A stretch of DNA of 64,000 bases, taken from positions 3,524,677 to 3,588,676 of the forward strand of contig MU054117.1 in the NCBI GenBank assembly GCA_013239625.1, given 5' to 3'. Below are positions 29,077 through 41,954 of the stretch, piece after piece (the stretch's first letter is position 1; the number at the start of each line of letters is the position of its first letter). Position numbers and translations under genes: made by a program. The DNA is from Lama guanicoe (lineage: Eukaryota). Under the pieces are notes generated by a model. The model saw nothing but the letters and a program-made list of their open reading frames with translations. It made no database searches and had not been told where the DNA came from.

Positions 29077-29627
29077 GTAAGTGCCCGGGTAAACGAGCTT
29101 TCCCTGCATTCAGGACTCAGGCGTCGGCGTTCTGGTTTTGTCCTAATCCTGTAATCCATCCTTCCGTTTTTGTCAGCTTGCTGCCACCAGTTGCCGCTCA
29201 GGTGACCTGAGAGGTACCCGTATTCGCTGTGTCTCCACTTGCTCATTCATTTCAGAGAAGCGTACTGCGCCCTCAGTGCCCAGGCGCGCCGCTCGTCACT
29301 GGGGGCATGCGGATGCTGATGGCGCAGGCCCAGATTGCTGTCCTCGGGCTGGGCTGGGTCAGAGGCAGGTCCGCAAAGCAGTGGTCACGCAGCAGCCTGA
29401 TCAGTGCTGTGACAGGGGGAGAGTTTCTCATAATTATGTCAGAGGACGCTTGCTCCAGACTTGAGGGTCAGGGAAGGCCTCCCAGAGGAATGACATCTAA
29501 GGTGAGACCCCAAAGATGACTAATAGCAAGTCAGATGCGGGGCTGGGGCACAGTGCCCCACACAGTGGGGAGCAGCGTGCACAGGGACCTGAGGTGGGGC
29601 AGCGTGTTGGATTCCACATGGTGCTGA

Positions 29628-29842
29628 ACCAGGGTTTCTCAGCTGGGGCTCTGTTGACGTTTTGGGCCAGATAATGCTTTGTCTTAGGGGCCTTGGTGGA
29701 ACATTTAGCTGCGTTCCTGGCCTCCAGCCACCAGATGGCAGTAGCCCCCCACCCCCCCAGCTGGGACCATTAAAAATGTCTCCAGGCATTTGCCAGTATA
29801 CCCTGGGGACCAAAATCCCCGGCGACCAGTGAAAACCATGGG
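29628..29842. mobile_element. MER20 hAT-Charlie element
   Basis: cagggtttctcagc…tgacgttttgggccagataatgctttg…aaaatgtctccaggcatttgcca…gaaaacca. Confidence 0.85.
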
Positions 29843-30299
29843 GACTAAAATCACGTGATGATTATTTTTAAAAGTCAAAATGGTAAAATGTTGGCAGCCC
29901 CACGCGGTTCAGCCAGGCCGTTTGTGCTGGTGCAGTGACGGAGCGAGGGCAGGAGTGAGGGGTGAGGCTGGAGAGCGGGAGAGGCAGGTCAGAGAAGTCT
30001 CGGCACCACCTGACGATGAGCTGATGGAGATGTTCTGACGAGAGAAAACATTCAGGCAGTCCTTCTAGCGAGGAGGTGCTTTGAGCTCTTGAGAAGCGGG
30101 TTCTTTCAGGAGCTTTCTGAAAAGAGACAGTGCCGTCATTGTAATTGTGTCGTTCTTTTTGCTGTGATTGATGTAGCCTGCCTGCTTTCCTCCTTCCGTC
30201 CCTCCCTCCCTCCCCCTCTTCCTTTCTTCCTCGCTTTGTCCCTTCCTCTCCCCGTCTCTGTTTCTCTCTTCACTCAGAGTGTGTTATAACTTCTCACAG

Positions 30300-30376
30300 G
30301 TTGTGGACGTGGCCAAAGGGATCATTAACGCAATTAAGGACCCGGATGCCAGAGGGAAATCTTTCGCCTTTGTCGG
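30300..30376 (+). CDS. NDUFA9: NDUFA9 exon 8 ([26 protein letters not shown])
   Basis: cacAG|GTT and GG|GTAGGT boundaries; 77 nt. Confidence 0.96.
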
Positions 30377-31799
30377 GTAGGTGGCTGGAGTTTGACTGTG
30401 AAGTTGTGCTGCCTGTTAAAAGAGCCGTGATGGTTTACGGCAAAGTGCTTTCCGAAGGCATCGCTAACCGCTAGCCGGTTTGTGCGGTGCATTTCTCGGT
30501 CTCTTTCTTTGATGGTGTTTGTTCCAGGAGCCTTACTCTCAGCCCTGAGGCCAGCATGTCTAGAAGAGCTGTCCAGGGGCCACCCTGTCAGGAGCGCCTG
30601 AGCGCTTAGCTCAGGTCAGAGCGGGAGGGAACCTGGCCGTCTGCTTGAGTGAATGATTCCTCTGGCTCCAGAGCCTGGGAAGCGCTGCCCTGGGCTGTTG
30701 CACACGCACAGTCCAGGGACCCCCAGGGAGGGCTTTGTCAGACTCCAGTGGTGTTTTCAGTATTCAGAAGGATACTGCTGTGAATTCTGAAACACTTCCG
30801 GGGTGTGAGCACAGTTGCAAAAATCAAATTAATTTGGATAGAGCATCGTCGTGCCCCAGAAGAGTGGAAATGGCTGGTTTAGGGTACAATTTCCCGTGCT
30901 TTGTAGGACTGACCATTTGCAGTATGTTCTCCTTGTTGCAATTCGCTGTCAGGAGAAATGGGGCGCAGTTAAGCTGTGTGACTTAGCTGAATTACTCAGT
31001 CATGTCGCCGCTAGGTTTTGGGCCTTTTCACTGAATTACTTAAAACTAAAAAACTAAGACTCATTCTGCCACGTTGAAAAGCACCAAATTCACCTGCTGA
31101 CCGGCCCAGAATCCTATTTGCTTCTAAAGAAAAGACGCTCCTTTCAGCCAGGAGACGTGGCGTGTCTTCCCAGCACCGTGGGGCCCTGTATATGTACGTT
31201 TCACTGTCACTACAAATTTAGTCAATTTTTTTTTCAGTGCCAAAACCTCTGTACTGGGTTTCCACGTCAGCCAGCCGCGGTAAGGTGCCTGTCTCTCTGA
31301 GTTCAGTTTCAGCACGTCAGCGTGTAGGCGGCTGTATACTCTGGGACAGTCACTCGCAGAAAAGCGTGTTGGGCACAGGTTCCATGGCACACCGGGCTCA
31401 GAAGACATCAGTCAGGAGGTGCTCGGACCGGGACGCCAAGGGGCAGGGGAGCAGAAGGGGTTTTACCAGCCTGGCTCACTCTCAGGGGGCACGGCTCTGG
31501 GACGAGTTAGCCGTCATCCTCTTCCCCTCTGCACCACTGTTCTGGACTCTGCCGGGCTGCAGGGAGTCATCCTTGTCCCGCACGGCGATGGGAGCAGTGA
31601 GATAAACGTGGCAGCTTAGGCATTTTTCCGTATGAAGCTGTAGGGCTGTACCCACACGTCTCTCTCTGTCTCTTCAGCCCCAGGGGAGACTTTATTTCTC
31701 TGAGGCTGAGGCAGAGATACGACCTTAATCTTGCTCCTTGCTCTTTCATAGTTATTAACTGACGTTGCTCCATTGTGTCAGTCGTCCACTAAATACACA

Positions 31800-32725
31800 C
31801 ATACACAAAACTGACAACCAGTGAACTAGTCCAGCAGGGTCACGAGGCGCAAGGTCAATACAGAAAACTTAGTCCCCGTATATTAGCAAATGAGCAGTCT
31901 GAAAATAAAATTAAGAAAATTGTTTTATTCACAGTAGCGTCAAAGAGAATAAAATATTTAGGTATAAACTTAACAAAATGTATGAGATTTGTATGCTGAA
32001 AGTCCTGAAACATTGCAGAGGAAAATGAAGGAAGACCTACATAAATGGAAAGACATTTCACGTTCATGGATTGGAAGAGTTAATATTGTTAAAATGGCAA
32101 TTTTTCCCAAATTGATCTATATATTCAACTCAATCTTGTCAAAATTCAAGCAGGCTGTTTTGCAGAAAGTGACAAATTGATTCTAAATTTAAACAGAAAT
32201 TCAAAAGACCCACAATCGCCAAAAGCATTTTGACAAAGAAGAATAAAGTTGGAGCACTTGAGCTTCCCAACCTCAAAACTCACTCTGAAGCTAGAATTAG
32301 CGAGACAGTGAGGCACTGGAGTAAGAGTAGACATAGAGGTCGGTTGAGCAGAACTGATATTCTAGAGGTCAGCCCTCGTGTTCATGGACAGTTGATTGGA
32401 CAGAGGCGCCGTGACACTTCGGTGGGGAAGGAATAGTCTTTCGACAAACAGTCCACGTGCAGAGAGACAAATACAGACGCTTGCACCACCCATGAAAAAG
32501 TTAACTCAAAACGGATCAGAGACCCCACTGTAAGAGTTAAACTATAAAACATTTGGAAGAAACATTTAAAAATCTTCTCGACCTTGGGTTAGGCAAAGAT
32601 CTTGCGGCCGCGACATCAAAAGCATCCTTCAGTCAAAGGAAAAGATGGGTACGTTAGATGTCATCAAAGTTGGAAACTTTTCCATCTCAAAGGACACCGT
32701 TAAGAAAAGGATGAAAAGACAAGAA
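31800..32725 (+). mobile_element. LINE-1 ORF2 fragment in NDUFA9 intron 8
   Basis: Translations KWKDISRSWIGRVNIVKMAIFPKLIY and KKNKVGALELPNLK match L1 ORF2. Confidence 0.9.
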
Positions 32726-33409
32726 CATCAGCTAAAAGGCAGGCTGGGGTGGGTGAGAGTGGGGTGGAAAGATCAGGCCAGAGAAGGAGAGAGGAGGGAT
32801 CCCCAGAGGGAGGCAGGGGCGCTCCCAGGCAAAGCAGAGCCGGGTCTTCTGAGTCTTTCGTTTGACGTTCCTGATCAGAAGCAGAAGTGAAGCCACGTAG
32901 CCCAGGGCTGTGTTCTCTGCAGTGCTGTCTTGCTGAGGGTTTAGTCACAGAGAAGGCAGAGACTGGGACGAGCCAGAGCAGGGGTCTTGCTTTGCTAGGA
33001 TAGTGGGGAGGGGAACAGGGGGACAAGGTTTTGCTGAGGAACTTTGCAAACCATGAATCTCCAGCCTTCGGTGTCCCTTTCTCTGAGAGCGGGGGCACTT
33101 GGACCCGTCTGTGAGTCATGGTTAATGGAACACAAAGTGCTTGCCAACAGCGGAGGTGCAAGTGTACCACACAGTTAGTTACCTGTGAGCCCAGCGTTGC
33201 CGGTCACCGGCAAGGTCGCCAGTGTGCTCTGGTGTAGCGTGTGTTATGTGCGGTGGTCCTGACACCCATCCTGCTGGAACTCGGAGGAAGCTGCTTGAGG
33301 GCTTTGTCTGGTATTTCCCCCAGCTGACTTCTGTTTGTTTCCAGTGAAGATGTCAGAATGACGAGGCTCTCACTGAATCACCTTCACTCCGCTCTCAGCA
33401 GCCGCAGGC

Positions 33410-34450
33410 TTTCAGAGGCAAAGGGATTAGGAAATGGGTAGAATGATATAAAAAGCGTATTATAAGCACTAGTAAAGCTAGGTTATGCCCAGAACTATTC
33501 AGATCAGTGGAGCAGAACAGAACATCCAGAAACAGTCTCAAATACGTGTAAGAATATATAGAGGAGGTGATGAGGGTGACATTTCAAAATGCGGAGAAAG
33601 GGTAGATTATTCATAAATGGTGATACGCCTTTGCCCTCTGTCAGTACAGAGGTACGTTGCAGAATGACTGACTTTATGGATTAAAAAAACAGCTTAAAAG
33701 CATTAGGAAAAATATGTAGACTTCGAACTGTATTATTAAAATATAAAAATTTTTACAAACCATTCTTCCAAGAACGGACTCCAGCAGGAAAGAGAAAAAG
33801 AAAGAAATGTAAGTGGCCAATAATATATGAAGAAAAAAACTAATCTCTAGTATTAAACTATTTCTGGTGAAAACATTGAGGTACCTTTTTTATCTGGCAG
33901 ATTGGCAGAATTTTGTTTGCTTATTTTTTATTTTAATGACTAAACTCGTTTTTGGTGAGGGGGCTACTAGCATTTTCTATAAGTTGATGTCATCTGTTTG
34001 GAAGTATTTGATAAAAGCTCCAAAATTTCAAAATAGCCTTTGAGCTAGCTCTACTTGTGGAATGTATTATAAATCCATAATTATGGGTGAGTACAAATGT
34101 TTACAGCAGGAATGGTCATGAGGCATTTTATAAAAGAAAAACACTTTTATAAAATAATGCTTAGTATTTATTAAACTTAAATATCCCAAACCTGGGAATC
34201 AGTAAAATGGTTATGATTACCTGCAGCTCAACGTATGCACTGTTAAGAATGCACTGGGGTGTGCAGCGCCACGGGGAGACGGCAGGAGTTAACAGTAAAT
34301 GGAGAGGATGTTACAGAATGGGGTGACCTGTGCGCAGTTACAGGTGCAGAAGCAGAGCCTGTAAGGGGGTGAGAGGACTGTACGTTAAATGTAGTAACTT
34401 CCTCTTGGGGGCACTAGGGGTGATTTTCCTGTGCTAATCTGCATTTCCTA
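33410..34450 (+). mobile_element. Highly decayed L1ME-type fragment
   Basis: agatcagtggagcagaacagaacatccagaaacag; ggtagattattcataaatggtg; AT-rich composition. Confidence 0.55.
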
Positions 34451-34560
34451 CGGTACTTATGTGTTTCTTTTTTTCTAAGAAAAATACTACTTTGTTAAAT
34501 TAAGAACAAAAATTTGTGGGACGCAGGTAACCTGGAGAGCCATGCATTTTCTGTTTGCAG

Positions 34561-34656
34561 GCCCAGTCGGTACGTCCTTTTTGACTTGGTGCAGTACATC
34601 TTCGCCGTGGCTCACAGACCCTTCCTCCCGTACCCTTTGCCACACTTTGCCTATCG
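34561..34656 (+). CDS. NDUFA9: NDUFA9 exon 9 ([31 protein letters not shown])
   Basis: ttgcAG acceptor, CG|GTAAGT donor; 96 nt. Confidence 0.96.
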
Positions 34657-35191
34657 GTAAGTCAAGCGATGCTTTTTGTGTCTTCTGAGAGCTGGCCCCG
34701 CGCGGAGTGGGTGATGCGCCCGGCCCGGGGTCGGCGGACGCGCGTCCGATGCGGTGAAGCCTCGGAACCTGTAACCGGGAGGGGCTCCTGATACCTCGGT
34801 ATTCCTCTAGGAAGGAGCTGGGAGAGTCTGAGGGGAGGTGTGGATCCGTGTGGGTGAGGAGAACACCGTGTGCCGGAAGGCTAAATCCGCGGGTCTTCAC
34901 GTTCTCTGTTAGAAACCCTCAGGGATCGGTTGGCGGTGTCGTGCGGCCCTAACAGAAGCATGTTTGACTGTCTGGGCTTAGAGCTGGCTGACTGTGACCG
35001 ACGTCACAGTTGGATCCTTTCGCTTGTCTCGGGTGGGGCGGCTGCACTTTGTCAGCTCCTCCGATGCGCTGTCCCTCCGGTGGGACCGCGGAGAGCCGGC
35101 GGCAGCAGCGCCTGTCCCTGGGCCCTCGCAGGCTGGCTTGAATGTTGAGCAAAGAGACGCCCATCACGTGCGCTGTCTATGCCTTCTCCAG

Positions 35192-35258
35192 ATGGGTGGC
35201 ACGGCTCTTTGAAACCAGTCCGTTTGAGCCCTGGACGACGAGGGACAAAGTGGAGCGG
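35192..35258 (+). CDS. NDUFA9: NDUFA9 exon 10 ([23 protein letters not shown])
   Basis: ctccAG acceptor, CGG|GTGAGT donor; 67 nt. Confidence 0.96.
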
Positions 35259-35479
35259 GTGAGTGTGAGCGCGGGGAGCCTCCGCCGCGGCGGGCGCCGG
35301 GCAGCGAGCCGCACAGACGGCGAGGGGGCGTCCGGTTTGCTTGCGGCTGGGCCGGGTCATTCTCACCTGCTTGTCTGCTGTCCTGCCGTCCTGCCGTCCT
35401 GCCGTCACAGCTCGGCCCCTCCGGGCACAAACCCCCCCGCCGCGCCCAGCCTGTCCAGGGTCCTAGCTTGGACTTTCCC

Positions 35480-36230
35480 ACCTTTCCTTCTCTGCTGGAT
35501 CACCTCCAGCAGTGTGCAGACGTGCCTCAGCAGCTCTGTGATTCTTTTCTTTAAGGCAGACATCTTCCCTCCGCCCTGTTTGTCTGTGTCCCTGTTCATC
35601 AGACTCCTCAGGGGAGCTCCTGCACCTGTCGTGGCAGTTCCTTACCTCCTCCTTGCTTTAACCCACTCCTTTCAGGCTTTTGTTTCCCTGTCCCCCCGAA
35701 CACTGCTCTGTTCCAGGTCACCTGTGACCTCCGTGCCGCCAAACCCAGTGGTCAGGGCTCTGACCTCCCTCACTCCATCTGTGAGCCGCGTGGGTCAGAG
35801 GGGCCCCTACTCTCCTCTTGGAACCCTGAATTTCTGTCTGTTTTCCCGCCGTCTCCACATCCTGAAGCTTCTCCTGCTCTCACTAGGTCTCCCATCCTCT
35901 GCTCCCTGATCTCAAAAATTGGAAGTCCTCGGGCTCTGCCCTCAGCCCTGTTCTGTCCTTGCTCTTTCTCTGAAAAACCCTCACTTAGTCCCGCGTCAGC
36001 TCGCGACTGCAGCTCTATGTCCAGCCCTGAATTGCACCTCCTGCCCGACCAGCTGCGGCCCTGCGTCTGCTTAGCTGTATGACAGTCACCTGAGATGTGA
36101 CGTGTCCAAAGGCGGGGCTGCACACTGCTCGTCACTGGGCCTCTCTCCTCTCACTCGGTGACATCACTACTCACTGTGTGACTCAAGGCAGAAACCTGGC
36201 AATTCCCCTTGACTTCATCTTTTCCTCCAT
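35480..36230 (+). mobile_element. LINE-2 fragment
   Basis: cactgctctgttccaggtcacc…tgacctcc…gccaaacccagtggtca…aaacctggcaattccccttgact L2 pattern. Confidence 0.65.
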
Positions 36231-36249
36231 CTGGAGCGAAACAGGACCG

Positions 36250-36450
36250 TCTGGGGCTGTCCGCAGTGATGGAAGAGTTCTCTAGTCTGCAGTGTTCAGA
36301 GCGTAGCTGCTCGCAGCATGTGACAGTTGGACACTTGAGACGTGGCCAGTGTGACTGCAGAAATAAGATCTGAGTTTTATTAAATTGGAATTAGCTTAAA
36401 CCTAAATGACAGTCACCCCCTTTGGCCAGTGGCTGCTGTGCCGGCAGCAC
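36250..36450. mobile_element. MER3 hAT MITE
   Basis: ctgtccgcagtgatggaagagttctcta…cacttgagacgtggccagtgtgactg…tggccagtggctgctgtg. Confidence 0.7.
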
Positions 36451-37569
36451 CGAGGCAGACCGCCAGCCAGTGTGACGGCCCCCTCAAGCCGCGCCGTGTC
36501 CTGCCTCCCCCTGCCTGCCTTCTGGTTCAGCCGTTTATTAGGAAAGCGTTCGTAACAGCATTGAGAACGTTCTGCTTGTAGAAGGGTCGTGGGAATAGTT
36601 GTTTCTGCTCTGCCTACTCAAGTCCAAGCGGTAGGTGTTTGCATCCTCATTCCCTTGACCGGCTCCCCTGCCTCTTGCCCGCTCTGTGTGCTGGGCTCCG
36701 GGCTCCGGCTCCTCCCATCCGTGTCTTCCACACCTGTCTTCCTCCCTGACAGCTTGTCCGCTGCGTGGAGCGGTCTCTAGGGAGAGTACAAATTACGATA
36801 AACACACTCTCCTGTCTGTACCTTTGAAAACCTAGTGGCCTCTTATCAACAAGAAGCAGCCAGATTGTCCCCCTGAATGTTACCTAAAAGCTAAATGTGG
36901 GGGAGATGCAAAAACAGGCCTTGGGGAACAGCTGTGCTCAGGCAGACGTTCCCCTCCCATCGAATGGGCTGCGTCTGGAAAGCTGAGCCCATTTCAGGCG
37001 TCCTTCCTGCGTTCAGGAGAGACCCAGCGGGAGGGCTGGCAGGCGGCACCCGCCGGCGTATCTCACTGGGGTGCGTCTTAGGTTCGTCACCGAGAAGTGT
37101 GGGCGCAGCAGGATTCGGTCTGGAGACCGCTCGATGGCCCTCTGGGAGCAGACTTCCCCGGGGGGAGGGGGCCGATGTGGGCGGGTGCTGCTCTGTATGG
37201 AGCCGGGTCCTCTTCATTTGCGCTCGGGTGAGCGGAGTCCTTGGCCTCTTGGAGCTCATTCTCCCCTCCAGATGAGGCAGGCTCGGTGTTTTAGGTCCAG
37301 AGCGAGCAGTGGTCAGCCAGGTGGAGTCTGGCTGGAGCCCACGGGTAGCGGATCACAGCTTCATGGTCTCGATCCAGCAGTTAAAACCGAGGCCGAGAGC
37401 TGTGCTCGGAGAATGGGCGCAGGGGAGCCCCGGTGACGGATGGGTTCTGCTCCCGCCCTGGTTCTGCAGCTGAGCCTCCAGACTCATCCACTCCCAGCCA
37501 CACCGACTCCTGGACCCTGCGCCGGGTCCGTGCCTGCGCTCATGGACAGCGCTGGGGGTCTGGCGCTGA

Positions 37570-37932
<363 letters not shown>

Positions 37933-38303
37933 TGGCCTCTGAGTCGCCTTTGGTTTTTGGTGTCATTTGGGTCACCCGGCTAACAACCAGAGCATCCTGT
38001 ACATAGCGAATAAGAGGCCTCCGTTAAAACGCCTGACGTGAAATTCCGTGGTGGCACTTTGTTTCCTAACTTATCAAATGAGAGATTCGGCTATTTAGGG
38101 TTTGAGCATAATTTTCTTAAATACATATATTTAACAGTGACATATATATCATTTATTCTCTGAAACGCTGGAGGATTTGTATTTCCTTCTGTGAGGCCAC
38201 TTCCTGTGAAGGTTCTGGAAGGCAAGAGCCCCTCTTTAACGTCAGAATATTGTGAAGACCCCAAGTGACGTGTGATTGTCTTTACTGTGCGTTAATTGAG
38301 AAA

Positions 38304-38352
38304 ACACACACACACACACACACACACTCACTCACTCACTCACTCACTCACT
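38304..38352. repeat. (CA)n/(CTCA)n compound microsatellite
   Basis: Direct reading. Confidence 0.95.
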
Positions 38353-38789
38353 CTGTCGACTACAGCGATCGAGGCCTCTGCCCCTGCTGGTAGGCAGCCC
38401 CTGGGTGTAGAGGGGCCTCTGTCGAGCAGAGGCGGGGCCGAGGAGGCTCTCGAGCAAGGCCAGTGCGTAGCAATCACGACTTTCTATAAGTTGTTAACGT
38501 TGCAGCTGAGATCCAGGCACATCGTTGGTTAGTGTTGGCAAATCCCTCAGTCGCTCTGATGAACAACTCCCAGAATCTGTGGTGAGGCTGACACGCCGCC
38601 GTCCTCGGTGGCCCAGGGTCGATCACGTGGTCCGCGGCCACGCAGCCCCGCGGGCCACAGGACGACAAGGTCAGCGAGAACCCTGTTCGGTTGCAGTAAC
38701 CTCCGTCCTGTCCTCGCCTAGCGGGGGCGTGAGTGCGGGTGCGACTTCTCTCCCAGCCTCTCCGCGTGTCCCCGAGTGGTCGGAGTGTG

Positions 38790-38952
38790 CGCTCTCCAGA
38801 GCGTGCTGTGTGGGCCAGCGGCCCCGGCATCCCCCGGGGGCTTGCTGGGAACGAAGGATGCCGGGCTCCACCCCTGACCCCCGGAGTCGGGATCTGCATT
38901 TTAAAAACATCCCTGGGAGATTCGTGTGCACACGGGTGTGAAGAGGGCTCAG
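38790..38952. mobile_element. MER5A-like MITE, unusually CpG-rich
   Basis: ggcatcccccgggggcttgctgggaa…gggctccacccc…tctgcattttaaaaacatccctgggagattcgtgtgcacac. Confidence 0.65.
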
Positions 38953-41900
38953 AAATGCCACGTCTGAGGAGGGTGGTCCCCACTCCTCGTTCAGGCGGTC
39001 GAGCCCCAGCCTGGGCCTGCTGCCTCGGAATCTCCTGGGACAGTGCTGGGTGTCAGTTAGGTCTCCTTAAAACTGGAAGAGAAGATAAAATAATATGATA
39101 AATCTGAAGAAAATCTCCAGAGAACGGGCGCAGGAGAATCTGGATTAAACACGCGGGTTTGTCCGCACGCACACTGGTACGTGAGGTCCGTGGTCCGGGC
39201 TCCGGCGTCCAAGCCCAGCCTCACTTGCCGTCTTCTGTTAAGGTGGCCCTTGGTTTGGCCCCGAGCCCGCCGGTAGGCGCACAGGTGGGTGGATTTGCTT
39301 TGAAAACAACTGTGTGATGTGCAGGGTCCGTGGGCTGTAGTGGTGCTGTTTCTCCCCTCTTCAGCTTGTGCCGTAACTCGCGATGCCACACGCCGGCTCC
39401 CGCTGAAACCCCCGTTCCCCCGGGATGGGCCGTTGCTGCCGCCCCCAGCGCCCCCTTTGACGCCTCGCAGTACATTCTTCATCATCCTTGTATGAGAGTC
39501 ACAGCGCCATAACCGATCTGAGGTGTGATCCAAGCAGAACGCTGTACCCCACGTAAACGAGAGTCATGCGGGGTGAACGGCGCGCGCTCCCACAGGGGGT
39601 GAGCCCGCCTCCTGAGGGCCCCGGCAGGTCGTCGGTCGCTCAGGCGCACGGGCGAACCGGCCTGACGTGGCGCGAGAGGCTGGGGCCGTCCCGGCCGCCG
39701 AGGGACCGGGAGCGTCGGCGCTGGCCCCGACCGCGGCGTCTGAACCAGGAGCGGCGCCTTGTAAACTGAACATGATCTTCCCCGGATTCGTATAGTAACT
39801 GCGTTCTTAGAGAACAGCGTGTATGAGCCCCATAGCAGAAACCCCGTGTAAACCCGTTCGGTTTCAGGTGCAGATGGCTGTAAACCGGCTTCTAAGTCGC
39901 GTGAGGTGTGTTTCAGGCCTCTGTCTGCGGGTTCTGTTGCTGTGGTGTGTCTGCCACTCCCGGTTCCCACCCACTGAGTGCCTGTGTCCCCCTCAACGCT
40001 CGCGATGGCCAGGCTGCCCAGACGCCCCTCGGGGGCTGTCACTCCTGCTGGAGCAACTCCCGCGCAAGGCAGCGGCGTCTTTGGACGTCTGATGATGCAG
40101 TTGTGTCCCGGGGGCCGGGTTTGGGCAAGGTGACCGTGGTTTAGTCTGAAGATCTGAAACACCGTTTGAGCAGAAGTGTGGTGTTCCCCTCACTCACCTG
40201 CTGGTTGTGTGCCTCCTCAGCGCCCTCCTTTGGCCAAAAGGGGTGGTCGCTGCAAGGCCAGTTTTGGTGATGCGGGAACCTGCAGGATGGCTGCGGCCGT
40301 GTGGGTACCAGCAGTACCAGCGGTGGCCGACAGGGCAGCAGATCCTGCAGCGGGGGCGAGGGGGTGGGCAGGGGGCTATTCTTGCCTCCATGGCTGGTGC
40401 AGGGCTGCCCTCGGGGAGCTCTGGGACTGGCAGGTGGTGGCTCTGTGAAATGTTGATAACCAAGGTGGGGAACTGGCCAGACAGGGAAGGCTGTGAAGGA
40501 ACCGGGAGAAGGGGCTTCTATCTGGGGCTACCACCACAGCCCCTTGCCTGCAGGAAACCAGAGGTTTCTCTGTGCCTGAGCTTTTCCAACCCCCAACCCC
40601 AGACTTCGGGACCTTTGCATCTGGGATGAACTCAGCTCCAGGGGATCAGGCACTGGCTCTGCTGATCAGTCGCATAACCGGCTCGAGCATCTTTCCGTTC
40701 AGTCTGGAGGGAGCAATAGGGGGCCTTGACTCGTGAACACTTTGCCCGAAGGACCTTTAATCACAGACAGGCTGTTTTCCATGGAAGATTCTCCTTTGGG
40801 ACCCACCTCAGCCCTTAGGGTGTTGAGAAGAGCTCTGAAGAAGGTCCCCACCTGTGAGACTCACCTTTCTCCCTTCAACCCTTTGGGATCAGGGAAGATT
40901 TCTTAAAACTCTGATAAGAAACACCCTTAAAAAGTGAAAGCATCTCTTCTACTTCACCCCTACCAGTGTGAACGCACTGTAGCCAAATTCTCTTTGGCGG
41001 GGTGGGGGAGGATCCAGCTGTCCTGGGCCCTATTCAGAGCCTGGGCAGAAGCAGGTCCTCCGATACTGGTCACACTGCTCTCCGAGTGGGAACTGAAGCC
41101 AGCACCGCAGGCCCCTGGCCATCTTGAGTTTTCCTAAACACCCTGCTTATGCTCAGGGGCTTCAAAACACTAAAAGCCATCCAGGACCGGTTCTATCCAG
41201 AAGGCAAGGAAGGGCGGTTCTTAAGGGAGCAGCCAAGGGCCCTGGAGTGGGGAGGTGGCTGGAGTCGGGCTGGGCCTCTTTGGGCAAATAGACCAGCTGG
41301 CCGGTCACCAACTGAACGCGATGTAGTAGAATAAACAGGCAACTGTTCTGAGGGCCAGCTCGCCCGGCCCCAGGTTGGAGTGGTCTGGCAAACCCGGTAG
41401 TGGAGAGGCTTCATCTCAGACGTGCTTTGAATAAGAGCACCCAGCTGAGATCTTTGCCAGGACTCTTGTCTGTCTCCGCTCCATCCTGAGACCCTCTTGG
41501 CTCTGGAGGAGATCAAAGGTTCCTGCTTTTCCTGGCCAGAGGCCTCAAAGAGGGAGATTTGTAGGAGTCTTTTCATGATGGGCTCCCGGTTACCGGAATC
41601 CGAAAAGCTGGCTGTGAACCCTTACTCCAGGCCAGCTGTTGGCACCGATGTTATAACAAGGATCAGCTTCGACACTCCACCCCTTTCGAGGCAAATATGG
41701 AAAAACTCCATGTGGCAGTGCTTTCCCCTGAAATAGCAACAAGACGAGAGACAAACATCCCAAATTTAAAAGAGAAGACTTTAGAGTGAATCAGGGAATC
41801 TCTTACACTCTTACTCTAACAAGTAATACCTTCGACTCTTGTCATCACTCTCCCGATATTTGTAGTCACAAGTGGCCTCTAGGCTGGGGATGCAAGTCAG

Positions 41901-41954
41901 TTATGAAGCCACAGTTAGAATAAAAAACCAGTGTATTACAAGTACTTGCACAAC

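Noticed and set aside
35142..35909. 255-aa ORF
   Set aside because: NDUFA9 exon 10 reading into a GC-rich intron and an L2 fragment.
39482..40162. 226-aa minus-strand ORF downstream of NDUFA9
   Set aside because: Pro/Arg/Ala/Gly-rich composition explained by local GC content; no family resemblance.
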